Assembly (NCBI GenBank): GCA_948444865.1 | Contig: CAOJVE010000001.1 | Span: 1,372-65,371 of the forward strand | Direction: 5' to 3' | Source: an uncultured Lachnospiraceae bacterium | GTDB lineage: Bacteria > Bacillota > Clostridia > Lachnospirales > Lachnospiraceae | DNA length: 64,000 bases | Shown here: piece by piece, positions 29,645 to 40,688 of the stretch | Layout: each line of letters starts with the position of its first letter | Position numbering within the stretch: the stretch's first letter is position 1 | The notes under the pieces: generated by a model | The model's database searches: none | Seen by the model: the letters and a program-made list of their open reading frames with translations, nothing else | Told to the model about the DNA's origin: nothing | Translations under genes and position numbers: made by a program

Positions 29645-29652
29645 TTCTGCAA

Positions 29653-30210
29653 TTATACCCTGGATAAATATTCTCCGCTGCGGGTGTCGATCTTGATTTT
29701 GTCTCCGCGGTCCACGAAAAGCGGCACATACACGGTGGCTCCCGTCTCCACCGTTGCTGGTTTTGTAGCGCCCTGGGCAGTGTCGCCCTTGAAGCCCGGC
29801 TCCGTCTCCGTGATCTCCAGCTCCACGAAAAGCGGCGGCTCCACGGCAAACACGTTGCCATTGTAGGAACACACTTTCACCATCTCATTTTCTCTAATAA
29901 ATTTCAGCGCGTCGCCGATGGTGTCCTGATTTAAGCCGACCTGTTCATAGGTATTGTTGTCCATGAAGTAGAACAATTCCCCGTCGTTGTACAGATACTG
30001 CATATCCACGCGCTCGATCCGCGCCGCCGGGAATTTCTCTGTGGGCCGGAAAGATTTTTCCAAAACCGCCCCTGTAATGATGTTCTTGTACTTTGTGCGC
30101 ACGAAAGCCGCGCCCTTGCCCGGTTTTACATGCTGAAACTCCACGATCTGCACCACGTTCCCGTCAATCTCCAACGTCACGCCATTTCTAAAATCTCCTG
30201 CTGAAATCAT
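29653..30210 (-). CDS. efp: Elongation factor P
   Basis: [21 protein letters not shown] and VPLFV...KIDTR. Confidence 0.98.
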   Translation of the reverse strand: MISAGDFRNGVTLEIDGNVVQIVEFQHVKPGKGAAFVRTKYKNIITGAVLEKSFRPTEKFPAARIERVDMQYLYNDGELFYFMDNNTYEQVGLNQDTIGDALKFIRENEMVKVCSYNGNVFAVEPPLFVELEITETEPGFKGDTAQGATKPATVETGATVYVPLFVDRGDKIKIDTRSGEYLSRV

Positions 30211-30258
30211 CTGTATCTCCTCCTTCTAAGTTCTATAATCTATATGGCAATGCCTTCA

Positions 30259-30807
30259 TTATACATGGCTTTTGCTTTTCAGTAAATATTGGATTTCATA
30301 CTCTTTCCACTTTGCGGCAATTTCCTGCACCAGCTGTGAAAGGGGCTGGTCCCCGGTGATGACCGTGATGTCCGCCAGCTTTTCGTAGATAGGCTCCCTG
30401 GCGGCGAGCATCCGGCGGATTTTGCCTTCCAGATCCGCCCCTTCCAGAAGAGGACGGGTCCGGTCCCCTTCCAGCCGCTTCTTTAAAGTTTCCACAGAGC
30501 CCTTCAGATAGATGATCGCGCCCAACTGCTTTAAGTACTTATGGTTCTGTTTCTGTATCGGAAGGCCGCCGCCCACCGAAATCACCGCGCACTCCTCCAT
30601 CTGCCGCAGCTCCTTAATCGCCTTCGTCTCCAGCGCCCGGAAGAAAACTTCTCCAAAACGGCTGAAGATATCCGTCACGCTCATTTTCATCTCCGTCGTG
30701 ATTTTTTTATCCACATCTATGAATTGGTAGCCCAGCTCTTCCGCCAGACGCTTCCCCGTTTTCGTCTTCCCGGACCCCATAAATCCAATCAGCACAATGT
30801 GTCTCAT
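30259..30807 (-). CDS. aroK: Shikimate kinase
   Basis: LIGFMGSGKT, FRALE, SVGGG and RPLL. Confidence 0.92.
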   Translation of the reverse strand: MRHIVLIGFMGSGKTKTGKRLAEELGYQFIDVDKKITTEMKMSVTDIFSRFGEVFFRALETKAIKELRQMEECAVISVGGGLPIQKQNHKYLKQLGAIIYLKGSVETLKKRLEGDRTRPLLEGADLEGKIRRMLAAREPIYEKLADITVITGDQPLSQLVQEIAAKWKEYEIQYLLKSKSHV

Positions 30808-30808
30808 C

Positions 30809-32188
30809 TTAAAGTTTCCCCCTCTGTATCTTATAAAAATGCAAGACTATCCTCTCCAGGCGTCTTTTTAAAACGATTTGTATTTCTTCTTTTGGATGAA
30901 TGGGTTTTACTAGAATGTTCCGTATCCCGGCCCTTTTGGCGCCATAAATGTCTGTAAAAATCTGATCTCCTATAAACAGCGTATTCCCCTGCGCCGTGCC
31001 CATAAGATCCATGGCCTTTTTGTAGCCCGCCGTCGCAGGCTTATGGGCGTCCTCGATAAAACGGCCGTCGATGGATGCGCCAAAAGGCTCCACCCGCTCC
31101 CGATGGTTATTGGACAAAAGGCAGCTGTGAAATCCAATCCGCCGAAGCCGCCCAAACAGCTCCACCGCCCGGGAATCCGCCGGCTCTCCATGGGGAACCA
31201 GCGTATTGTCAATGTCAAAAAGAATCCCTCTGTACCCCTCTTGGTAAAGTCCTTCATAGTCGATTGCATATGCAGATTCCTCATATGCATCGGGATAAAA
31301 AGCGGCGAACGCCTTCGCAAGAAACGACAGCTTTGTCTCCGCCAGCAGCGCCGCCGCGAACAATAAAGCGCAGCCGACCAGCATGCGGCCTGTCATTCGC
31401 TCTCCCAGCATCAGCGTGGAAAATAACACGCCGAATACGGATTCCGTGGACAAAAGCAGGGAGGCCGTGTTGGGCGACGTATATTTCTGGCACACATTCT
31501 GCAGCAAAAAACCTATCATCGTACTGAAAATTCCCAGATAAAGCATGGCTCCTATGACATCCGTCCGAAACGCGCCGGCCGGAAAAGCGCCGTCCAGAAA
31601 AGGCGCCAGAAGCCAGGAAAACAAGGCCGCAAACGCCAGCTGCAGCGCCGTTAGGACCACCGGGTCCCCCCGCTGCGTGTATTTGTCAATATAGATCATG
31701 TGCAGAGCGAATCCCACCGCGCAGATAAGCGTCAGCACGTCCCCTTTGTTTACGGACAGGTCGCCCTGCAAAGACAGCATCCCCATGCCGGTGATCGCCA
31801 AAACCGCCGCCACCATGCAGCACGCATCCGGCCTCCTTCTGAAAAGCAGCCAGCCCAGAAAAGGCACGATAATCACATACGCCGAAGTCAGAAACGCGTT
31901 CTTGCCCGCCGTCGTGTACTGGCAACCAATGGTCTGCACCAGATAGCTGAAAAAAAGCCAGAAACCGAGAACCGCGCCTTCTTTCAGCGTGCTTTTCTGT
32001 AAGCCTTTCAGCTTCCTGTGGCAAATCACTGCCAGCAAAAGGGCCGCGATGGTAAATCGGAAAGCCAGCATATACGTGGGCGGAACCACATCCAGGGAAT
32101 TTTTCACCACCACAAAGGCGAATCCCCAGATGGCCGCCGCCGAAAGCAGCCCGAAGCCTGCCAGAAGCCCTGTTCTATTCTCTCTCAT
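30809..32188 (-). CDS. Fusion of an EamA/DMT transporter (N-terminal) and a YqeG-type HAD IIIA phosphatase (C-terminal)
   Basis: About 290 aa of DMT (IWGFAFVVVK, GDVLTLICA, STESVF) run without a stop into FYPDAY...GILFDIDNTLVPH...LSNN...KP...IGDQIFTDI. Confidence 0.82.
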   Translation of the reverse strand: MRENRTGLLAGFGLLSAAAIWGFAFVVVKNSLDVVPPTYMLAFRFTIAALLLAVICHRKLKGLQKSTLKEGAVLGFWLFFSYLVQTIGCQYTTAGKNAFLTSAYVIIVPFLGWLLFRRRPDACCMVAAVLAITGMGMLSLQGDLSVNKGDVLTLICAVGFALHMIYIDKYTQRGDPVVLTALQLAFAALFSWLLAPFLDGAFPAGAFRTDVIGAMLYLGIFSTMIGFLLQNVCQKYTSPNTASLLLSTESVFGVLFSTLMLGERMTGRMLVGCALLFAAALLAETKLSFLAKAFAAFYPDAYEESAYAIDYEGLYQEGYRGILFDIDNTLVPHGEPADSRAVELFGRLRRIGFHSCLLSNNHRERVEPFGASIDGRFIEDAHKPATAGYKKAMDLMGTAQGNTLFIGDQIFTDIYGAKRAGIRNILVKPIHPKEEIQIVLKRRLERIVLHFYKIQRGKL

Positions 32189-33051
32189 CGCCGCAAATAC
32201 TCCAAAAGCTTCTCATAGCTTTCCTCCATTAAATCGTAACCGTGCTGGTAAAACGCCGTCAGCGCCTCGTGATTCTGCTCTGTTCTGGATACGGTTTTCG
32301 TCCTTGGGCGGATCACAAACACCTTGCCCTGTGCTTCCCATTTCTCGATGTAGGACAGAGTTTTGTTGTAAATATAGGATCTGCGCAGGATGGCCTTTAC
32401 AAAATTCGGGTATTCTTTGTATTTGGCCATGTAAAGCGCCCTGCTTTTTTTCAGAGGCCGCTTGCGGTACCCGGCCTCCCGGGTGAGCACAAGCACGTTT
32501 TTCTTATTTCCCAGCTTTAAAGAGCGTATGATCGGGATGGAGTCCGCAATGCCTCCGTCCATGTAAGGCGTCCCGTCCACCCGCACCATCGGAGTGGCCA
32601 CCGGCACGCTGCTGGACGCCCTGCAGATGTCCATCAGCCTTTGTTTGTCCGTGCGCTCATCCAGATATTCCGCCCGGCCGGTCAGACAGTTGGTCACAAC
32701 CATCTCGCAGCGCAGCGGCGAATGGAAATACGTCTCGTAGTCAAAAGGGTAAATCTCATTGGGATACCGGTCAAACACCATATCCATATTGAACAAATGT
32801 CTTGTTTTCAATGTATGTTTCAAACTGATATATTTGTATTCTTTTTCTTTCTGTATCATGCAGTCCCTGGTGCGCCCGATCTGCCGGGATACATAGTCCA
32901 CCGCATTGCAGGCCCCGGCGGACACGCCCGCCACATACGGCAGGTACAATCCCCGTTCCATCAGATAATCCAGAACCCCGGAGGTAAATACGCCCCGGGT
33001 GGCCCCGCCTTCCAGCACCAGGCCTGTGCCATGCACGTCTATATCTGTCAT
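32185..33051 (-). CDS. Patatin-like phospholipase
   Basis: LEGGATRG, GVSAG nucleophile elbow and DGG motif. Start at 33051 or 33060. Confidence 0.9.
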   Translation of the reverse strand: MTDIDVHGTGLVLEGGATRGVFTSGVLDYLMERGLYLPYVAGVSAGACNAVDYVSRQIGRTRDCMIQKEKEYKYISLKHTLKTRHLFNMDMVFDRYPNEIYPFDYETYFHSPLRCEMVVTNCLTGRAEYLDERTDKQRLMDICRASSSVPVATPMVRVDGTPYMDGGIADSIPIIRSLKLGNKKNVLVLTREAGYRKRPLKKSRALYMAKYKEYPNFVKAILRRSYIYNKTLSYIEKWEAQGKVFVIRPRTKTVSRTEQNHEALTAFYQHGYDLMEESYEKLLEYLRR

Positions 33052-33063
33052 GCTCCACACTCC

Positions 33064-34425
33064 CTAACGCTCTGATAACATACAATATTCCACAGAGTCC
33101 TGTACGTTCTTATACGCCGGCCGGATAATCTTATCGGTATTAATCAGCTCTTCCATACGGTGGGCGCTCCAGCCCACAATACGGGCAATGGCGAACATCG
33201 GCGTATACAGCTCCATGGGAAGATCCAGCATACTGTACACAAATCCGCTGTAAAAGTCCACGTTGGCGCTGACGCCTTTATAGATATGCCGCTCCTCTCC
33301 GATGATTTTCGGGGCCAGACGCTCCACCATACTGTACAGCTCGTATTCCTCATGCCGGCCTTTTTCCTGGGCCAGCTTCTCCACAAATCCTTTAAATATC
33401 TGGGCACGGGGGTCGGATATGGAGTAGATGGCATGACCGATGCCGTAAATCAGTCCCCGTTTGTCAAAAGTCTCCTTGTGCAGAAGCTTGCGCAGATAAT
33501 CAGACACCTGCTCTTCGTCCGTATAGTCCGTCAGATGCTCTTCCATATGTTTGAACATCTTCACCACTTTGATGTTGGCGCCGCCGTGCTTCGGCCCTTT
33601 TAACGAGCCCAGCGCAGCCGCAATGGCCGAATACGTGTCCGTCCCGGAAGAAGACACCACATGGGTGGTAAAAGTAGAGTTATTGCCGCCGCCATGCTCC
33701 ATATGCAGGATCAGCGCCAGATCCAGAATGGTCGCCTCCAGCTCCGTATATTTTTTATCCGGTCTTAACAAACGCAAAATATTTTCCGCTGTGGACAATT
33801 CGCGGGAAGGGTGATGAATGTACAAGCTCTTCCCCTTGATATAATGATTGTAAGCCTGGTACCCATATACGGACAGCATAGGAAAAACGCTGATTAAATT
33901 CAGACACTGGCGCAAAACATTCTGCAGAGAAATATCTTCCGGATTGCTGTCGTAGGAATACAGCGTCAGCACACTCCTGGACAGGGTGTTCATCATATCC
34001 TTGCTTGGCGCTTTCATAATAACGTCACGGACAAAATTCCGCGGCAGCGAGCGCTGGGAAGCCAGAAGCTGCTTGAAATTATCCAGCTCCGTCGTATCCG
34101 GCAGCCGTCCGAACAGCAGCAGATACGTAACTTCCTCAAAACCCAGCCGCCCATCCTGGATGAATCCCTGGGTCAAATCCTCCACATTGATCCCCCGATA
34201 GTACAATTCGCCTTCGCAGGGAATCTTTTTCCCATCCTCTTCACGGTAGGCCTGCACATTGGAAATTTTCGTAAGTCCTGCCAGAACGCCTTGTCCGTTC
34301 AGATCCCTCAAGCCTCTTTTTACGTCATACTTCCCATACAGTTCCACGGGGATCCGACTGTTTTCAAAGCAGATATCCGTCAAACGTGCAATCTCCGGCG
34401 TTACCTTCATATTGAATCCTGACAT
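33064..34425 (-). CDS. Citrate / 2-methylcitrate synthase
   Basis: LYYRG, HMEHGGGNNST, GPKHGGAN, GIGHAIY and NVDFYSG. Confidence 0.93.
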   Translation of the reverse strand: MSGFNMKVTPEIARLTDICFENSRIPVELYGKYDVKRGLRDLNGQGVLAGLTKISNVQAYREEDGKKIPCEGELYYRGINVEDLTQGFIQDGRLGFEEVTYLLLFGRLPDTTELDNFKQLLASQRSLPRNFVRDVIMKAPSKDMMNTLSRSVLTLYSYDSNPEDISLQNVLRQCLNLISVFPMLSVYGYQAYNHYIKGKSLYIHHPSRELSTAENILRLLRPDKKYTELEATILDLALILHMEHGGGNNSTFTTHVVSSSGTDTYSAIAAALGSLKGPKHGGANIKVVKMFKHMEEHLTDYTDEEQVSDYLRKLLHKETFDKRGLIYGIGHAIYSISDPRAQIFKGFVEKLAQEKGRHEEYELYSMVERLAPKIIGEERHIYKGVSANVDFYSGFVYSMLDLPMELYTPMFAIARIVGWSAHRMEELINTDKIIRPAYKNVQDSVEYCMLSER

Positions 34426-34455
34426 TCAAACACTCCTTTCCGCTTATCCACTCCT

Positions 34456-34746
34456 TTACAGACTGCCCATACTGCTGGATAAGGCTGCCGTAATCGCGGC
34501 TCCAAACAGCATAGAAAATACCAGGCTCAGCACAGTCAGTATGACAAACCAGATCAGATAAGCTTTACAGTAATTCGCCCTTGTCTGGTTTCCCCCTCCG
34601 AAGCCCCACACAAAAAGCATCACAATATTCACGCATGGAATAGACATAACCAGCAGGGTAACCAGCCACTGCCCAATGCCCATCACCGGCTCCATTTCCT
34701 GGGCCGGATAATACCCCTGCGGGTTTTGCATGTTTTTCTCGTCCAT
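34456..34746 (-). CDS. Small membrane protein of unknown function
   Basis: 96 aa with two hydrophobic segments (IPCVNIVMLFVW). GGAGG RBS. Confidence 0.7.
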   Translation of the reverse strand: MDEKNMQNPQGYYPAQEMEPVMGIGQWLVTLLVMSIPCVNIVMLFVWGFGGGNQTRANYCKAYLIWFVILTVLSLVFSMLFGAAITAALSSSMGSL

Positions 34747-34787
34747 CTTTTATCCTCCTCAAAATTTATCGACAGTACAGTATCAGT

Positions 34788-35234
34788 TTAGCATATTTGG
34801 CGTAATTGCGCAACTAATTGCGTCAGAAACGATAACGCGTTGCCCTTAAAATAGACCATCGGCTCCCGATCGGGAAAATATAGGGCCATGCGCCGGCCAT
34901 AAAACGCGATGGCCAGCGTAAGCGCGGCAGGCGCGAAAAAACGCATCCCCGGCGCCGGACGGCCCAGCGCATAGCGGTAAAATGCCGCCAGCAAAAGCAA
35001 AATAAGCAGCGCGTAGAAAAACGGATGCATCCGCCATGCGCCCAGCCAGTCGCCTTTTAGAAAAAGCGCGGCCGCCCGCGTCATGCCGCAGCCCGGACAG
35101 GGCAGGCCCGTCATAAGAACCATCGGACAGACCGGAACGCCAAATGCTCCCACGGATACGTAGAGGACGGCCAGCAGCGCGCCCCGCCCGTAATTTCGGA
35201 CGTCTTCTAAGACGCGCCTTCTGACCTCTCTCAT
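34788..35234 (-). CDS. DUF2752-domain membrane protein
   Basis: CPMVLMTGLPCPGCGMTRA...AWRMHP. ATGA overlap with the upstream aminotransferase. Confidence 0.82.
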   Translation of the reverse strand: MREVRRRVLEDVRNYGRGALLAVLYVSVGAFGVPVCPMVLMTGLPCPGCGMTRAAALFLKGDWLGAWRMHPFFYALLILLLLAAFYRYALGRPAPGMRFFAPAALTLAIAFYGRRMALYFPDREPMVYFKGNALSFLTQLVAQLRQIC

Positions 35235-36448
35235 TTCTGCCAATAGCCGTGCAGGAAATCCCGCAGCCGGCCCACCGCTTTTTCCAGATCCTCCAGACAC
35301 GGAAGATACACAATCCGGAAATGATCCGGCTTCTTCCAGTTGAAGCCGCCGCCGCTGACCAAAAGCACCCGCTTGGATTTCAGGAAATCCAGGGCAAACT
35401 GCTCGTCGTTGGTGATGTTGAACTTCTTCACGTCTATTTTCGGGAAAATATAAAAAGCCGCCTGGGGCTTCACCGCCGTAATCCCCGGTATGTCCGTCAA
35501 AGCCTTATAAATAAACTCCCGCTGCTCATAAATCCGTCCGCCGGGGCGCACATATTCCCGCACGCTCTGGTATCCGCCCAAGCAGGTCTGGATGATGGAC
35601 TGGGCCGGCACGTTGGAGCAGAGCCGCATATTGGAAAGCATCCGTATGCCCTCCATATAGCCCTGGGCCTGCTCTTTCGGCCCGCTCAAAACCATCCATC
35701 CGGCGCGAAAGCCCGCCACCATATGGGACTTGGACAGTCCGTTAAACGTGACGCAGAACCGGTCCGGCGCAAGAGACGCCAGCGAGATATGCTCCTGTCC
35801 GTCGAACACCAGACGGTCATAGATTTCATCGGAAAACAAAATCAGGTCGTGCTCTCTGGCCAAATCCACAATCTGCTCCAGGACGGCCCTGGGATACAGC
35901 GCGCCTGTAGGATTGTTGGGGTTGATGATTACAATGGCCTTGGTGCGGTCCGTAATCTTCTTCTTCATATCCCCAATATCCGGGTACCAGCACGCCTGCT
36001 CGTCGCAGATATAATGCACCGCTTTTCCCCCCGCCAGGTTCGTCGTCCCCGTCCACAGCGGGTAATCCGGCGCCGGAATCAGCACCTCATCCCCATCGTT
36101 TAACAGCGCCTGCATACACAGATTAATCAGCTCGCTTACTCCATTTCCGGTGTAAATATCGTTCATGGTCACGCCCCGAATGCCTTTTAGCTGACAATAC
36201 TGCATAATCGCCTTCCGGGCGGAAAAAATCCCCCTGGAATCCGAATAGCCCTGGCTGGCGCGCACGGAACTCATCATGTCCAGAATCACTTCCTCCGGCG
36301 CCGAAAACCCAAAAGGCGCCGGATTGCCGATATTCAGCTTCATAATCTCCATGCCGTTTTCTTCCATCCGGCTGGCTTCCTCCACCACCGGCCCACGCAC
36401 ATCGTACAATACATTGTCTAATTTTGACGACTTCTCAAAATATCTCAT
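35231..36448 (-). CDS. alaA: PLP-dependent class I aminotransferase, AlaA-like
   Basis: KLNIGNPAPFG, GNGVSELI, INPNNPTG, DEIY and SKSHMVAGFRAGW. Confidence 0.85.
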   Translation of the reverse strand: MRYFEKSSKLDNVLYDVRGPVVEEASRMEENGMEIMKLNIGNPAPFGFSAPEEVILDMMSSVRASQGYSDSRGIFSARKAIMQYCQLKGIRGVTMNDIYTGNGVSELINLCMQALLNDGDEVLIPAPDYPLWTGTTNLAGGKAVHYICDEQACWYPDIGDMKKKITDRTKAIVIINPNNPTGALYPRAVLEQIVDLAREHDLILFSDEIYDRLVFDGQEHISLASLAPDRFCVTFNGLSKSHMVAGFRAGWMVLSGPKEQAQGYMEGIRMLSNMRLCSNVPAQSIIQTCLGGYQSVREYVRPGGRIYEQREFIYKALTDIPGITAVKPQAAFYIFPKIDVKKFNITNDEQFALDFLKSKRVLLVSGGGFNWKKPDHFRIVYLPCLEDLEKAVGRLRDFLHGYWQK

Positions 36449-36608
36449 CCCCTTTTGTCCCTCCTTTTTGCGCAGTTATGACCTCTATAATCTCATATTC
36501 TTTCCAATGTGGCAACCCTCATCTTCCAGATTTTTTTCATAAAAAACTTTTCTTTTTAGGATTTTTCATATATAATAACCTAGAAAAAAATTTAAACAAC
36601 CAAGATAA

Positions 36609-37955
<1,347 letters not shown>

Positions 37956-37972
37956 ATCACCCGCCCACAGAC

Positions 37973-38017
37973 AAAAAGCCGGAGGCGCTCCCCTTAAGGA
38001 GCGGCCCCCGGCCTTTT
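37973..38017. terminator. Bidirectional terminator between gdhA and the diguanylate cyclase
   Basis: AAAAAGCCGG...CCGGCCTTTT hairpin between convergent genes. Confidence 0.7.
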
Positions 38018-38028
38018 ATTCAAGAAAA

Positions 38029-38943
38029 TCATTCACGCCATTGTTCCATCTTTTCATTGGCCCATACGACTCTGTTGCGCCCATATCTTTTGGCGTCATA
38101 CAGCATGGTGTCCGCAATCTTTAAGAAAGCGTCGTAGGAGCTTCCGTTCTGCGGAAGCGCAGTGACGCCCCCGATGCTGATGGTCACCCACTCGGCAGTC
38201 GCCGGATCGTGCGGTATATGAAGGTCCTCCACCGCCTGGCGGATTCTCTTCAAATACGCAAACGCCTTCTGAGGGCTGTCCCCCATAAGAAACGCCACAA
38301 ATTCCTCGCCTCCATAACGGGCCACGAAATCTGTGGTGCGCTGCAGATAGGAAGCCAGCGTCTTTGCCACGCCGGCGATCACTTTATCCCCCGCCGGATG
38401 CCCATAGGTGTCATTATACGCTTTAAAATGGTCAATATCAAACATACAGATGCTAAAGAAAACCTGCAGGCGGGAAGCTTCCTTCCATCTTCTCGCGCTG
38501 TGATAATCATACTGCCGCCTGTTGGCCAGTCCGGTCAGCTGATCGGTCATAGACTGGCGCTCAATCTGCTTTCGATACTGATACAGTTTGATATGCGTAT
38601 TCACTCTCGCTTTTACAATCATCGGATGGAACGGCTTCGTAATGTAGTCAACCGCCCCTAACATAAGCCCTTTATGCTCATTTTCAATGTCTGAAAGGCT
38701 TGTAATCAAAATCACCGGAACGCTCTGTGTGATGATTTTCTCCTGCAATTTCTTCAGCAGCGTAAAACCATCCATTCCAGGCATGACCACATCCAAAAGA
38801 ATCAGAGAATATCCGCCTGCGCTCGCGTATGAAAGACCATCTTCCGGCGTTTGCGCAATGGTAATATCATAATCTTCATCTAAAATAACCTTTAACTGAG
38901 CGGCCTGCAGACAACTGTCATCAACAATCAATATTTTTTCCAC
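38029..38943 (-). CDS. REC-GGDEF response-regulator diguanylate cyclase
   Basis: LIVDDS...LLDVVMPGMDG receiver domain, then DQLTGLANRR, DIDHFKAYNDTYGH, I-site RTTD and GGEEF. Confidence 0.93.
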   Translation of the reverse strand: MEKILIVDDSCLQAAQLKVILDEDYDITIAQTPEDGLSYASAGGYSLILLDVVMPGMDGFTLLKKLQEKIITQSVPVILITSLSDIENEHKGLMLGAVDYITKPFHPMIVKARVNTHIKLYQYRKQIERQSMTDQLTGLANRRQYDYHSARRWKEASRLQVFFSICMFDIDHFKAYNDTYGHPAGDKVIAGVAKTLASYLQRTTDFVARYGGEEFVAFLMGDSPQKAFAYLKRIRQAVEDLHIPHDPATAEWVTISIGGVTALPQNGSSYDAFLKIADTMLYDAKRYGRNRVVWANEKMEQWRE

Positions 38944-39117
38944 ATCTACACACTCCTCACTTACGTTTCACATTCTGCAAATAGACCTAATTGTTTCATT
39001 AACTGCTTGCAGCTCTTTGAAATCGCTGCGCTAAATACAAGTAATATAAAGCATTATACTTTATATTGCCAAATATTAGCAAGGCCTTTTCAAGCCTTTG
39101 GGATATAAATATGCTTC

Positions 39118-40539
39118 TTATCGCATTTTGCGACGATCTCCATGGGACATATAATAGCGCCTCTTATCTTCATACATCCTTTTTTCCGCCGCCTTTACGA
39201 CAGCCGCCACCGCAGTCGTTTTCTCCCCAGAGGCCGCTCCCACCGAGACGTGATAGCCGGCCTTTGAGACTTTCTCCTTCGCCTCGTCCGCCTTTCTTAT
39301 GGCCGTGTCCTCATCTACCTCCGCAAACGCCAGAAACTCATCGCCGCCAATGCGGTAGACCCTTCCCGGGCCAAAGGCTTCTGACAGCGCGTCCGCCACG
39401 CACTGCAGCATCTTATCCCCCGCCTGATGTCCCTGACTATTGTTTAATTCATGAAGGCCATTTGCATCTGCATAAACACAGGTAAGGCATTCTGGACGGT
39501 TCTGCGCATACCGCCCCAACGCCTGCTCATAGGCGTTTCTGTTTTTCAGATTCGTAAGCAGATCTGTAGTCGCCATCTTTTCCTTCGCCTGCACTTCCCT
39601 GCGCGTGTGGACGATATCCCACCATATGTACGCAAGCAGCATCACCGCCTCATAAATCCCCAGCCAGAACAGGACTTTCTTTGCATAAAGCGCCTCTTTT
39701 AAAACAACGCTTTCCGGAACCGTCAGAAGGACAAACCAGTCGTGAATTCCCGCCGGCTCGTAAGTCGTATACAGATATTCCCCAACGCTATTGGAAAAAT
39801 AGGCCGTCACCCCTCCTTTGCCCTGGTCAAAATCCTGCCTGAGCTGTTTTTCACTGTATCCTTTCTTAATCCGCCGGCCACGCATCTCCTCAGAAGTTTG
39901 CACGTCGCTGTGGAGCGTGTCCATAATAAAATTCATATTCTGCACATCCACAATAAAGAGGTTAGCGCTGCCGCCAAAAGTATCTATCTCCATAAAATCA
40001 GAGCTGTCTTTTAAATCGATCACGCCGAAGAGGATGCCCTCTGTCTTCCCCTTTGTCACAATGGGAACATTGCAGAATAAGACCGAATCATCCGGGTTCC
40101 GATTATCCGGCTCCACATTGGTGATAAAAGACCCCTTCTCTTTTAACGCGTCAAAAGTAATCCCGTTCATGGGCTCCGCCAGGGTTTTGTCCTGCTGCAA
40201 AATCCGGTCGTCGGGAAGAAGAATGCCCAGCCGGGACGCTATGTCTGTATCTTCACAGGCGCTCAAAACCATCTTCGCATGCGCGTAATCGTCGGACAGC
40301 CCCTCCTGGCCGATGATGTCCGCCAGCATCTCCAGATTCTTCTGAACCGAGGAAATTCGCTGGTAAATATTGTTTTTCGCCTCCTGCGTTTCCTGCTCCA
40401 GCGTCCCCAGACACATGTCCACCGAATAGGAGCGAAGCAGTCCAAACGCGACAAAAATCCCGATCGCAATGAGCAGCTTTAAGCCCACCGCCGCGAAAAA
40501 ATTCCTGATTCCCTGCCGGGATATTTTCTTAATCTCCAT
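39118..40539 (-). CDS. Membrane sensor (Cache-like) diguanylate cyclase
   Basis: Two TM segments flanking an extracellular domain, then DLLTNLKNR, DANGLHELNN and RIGGDEF. Confidence 0.88.
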   Translation of the reverse strand: MEIKKISRQGIRNFFAAVGLKLLIAIGIFVAFGLLRSYSVDMCLGTLEQETQEAKNNIYQRISSVQKNLEMLADIIGQEGLSDDYAHAKMVLSACEDTDIASRLGILLPDDRILQQDKTLAEPMNGITFDALKEKGSFITNVEPDNRNPDDSVLFCNVPIVTKGKTEGILFGVIDLKDSSDFMEIDTFGGSANLFIVDVQNMNFIMDTLHSDVQTSEEMRGRRIKKGYSEKQLRQDFDQGKGGVTAYFSNSVGEYLYTTYEPAGIHDWFVLLTVPESVVLKEALYAKKVLFWLGIYEAVMLLAYIWWDIVHTRREVQAKEKMATTDLLTNLKNRNAYEQALGRYAQNRPECLTCVYADANGLHELNNSQGHQAGDKMLQCVADALSEAFGPGRVYRIGGDEFLAFAEVDEDTAIRKADEAKEKVSKAGYHVSVGAASGEKTTAVAAVVKAAEKRMYEDKRRYYMSHGDRRKMR

Positions 40540-40688
40540 CCCCCATACCCCTTTCAAAATATATAAAAGCCCATCTGCCGACTGACAGGGCATCTCAACG
40601 CGAAATACATCGCCGTTTTTTTGACAGTATTTATATCATAACATAAATCCGCACAGACTCGAACATTTTTACTGATATGCTATAATTA

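Noticed and set aside
38944-39117. Possible Hpt-gene remnant upstream of the REC-GGDEF gene
   Set aside because: There is no convincing ORF or Hpt histidine motif. The region is explained by a promoter-like sequence and a small hairpin.
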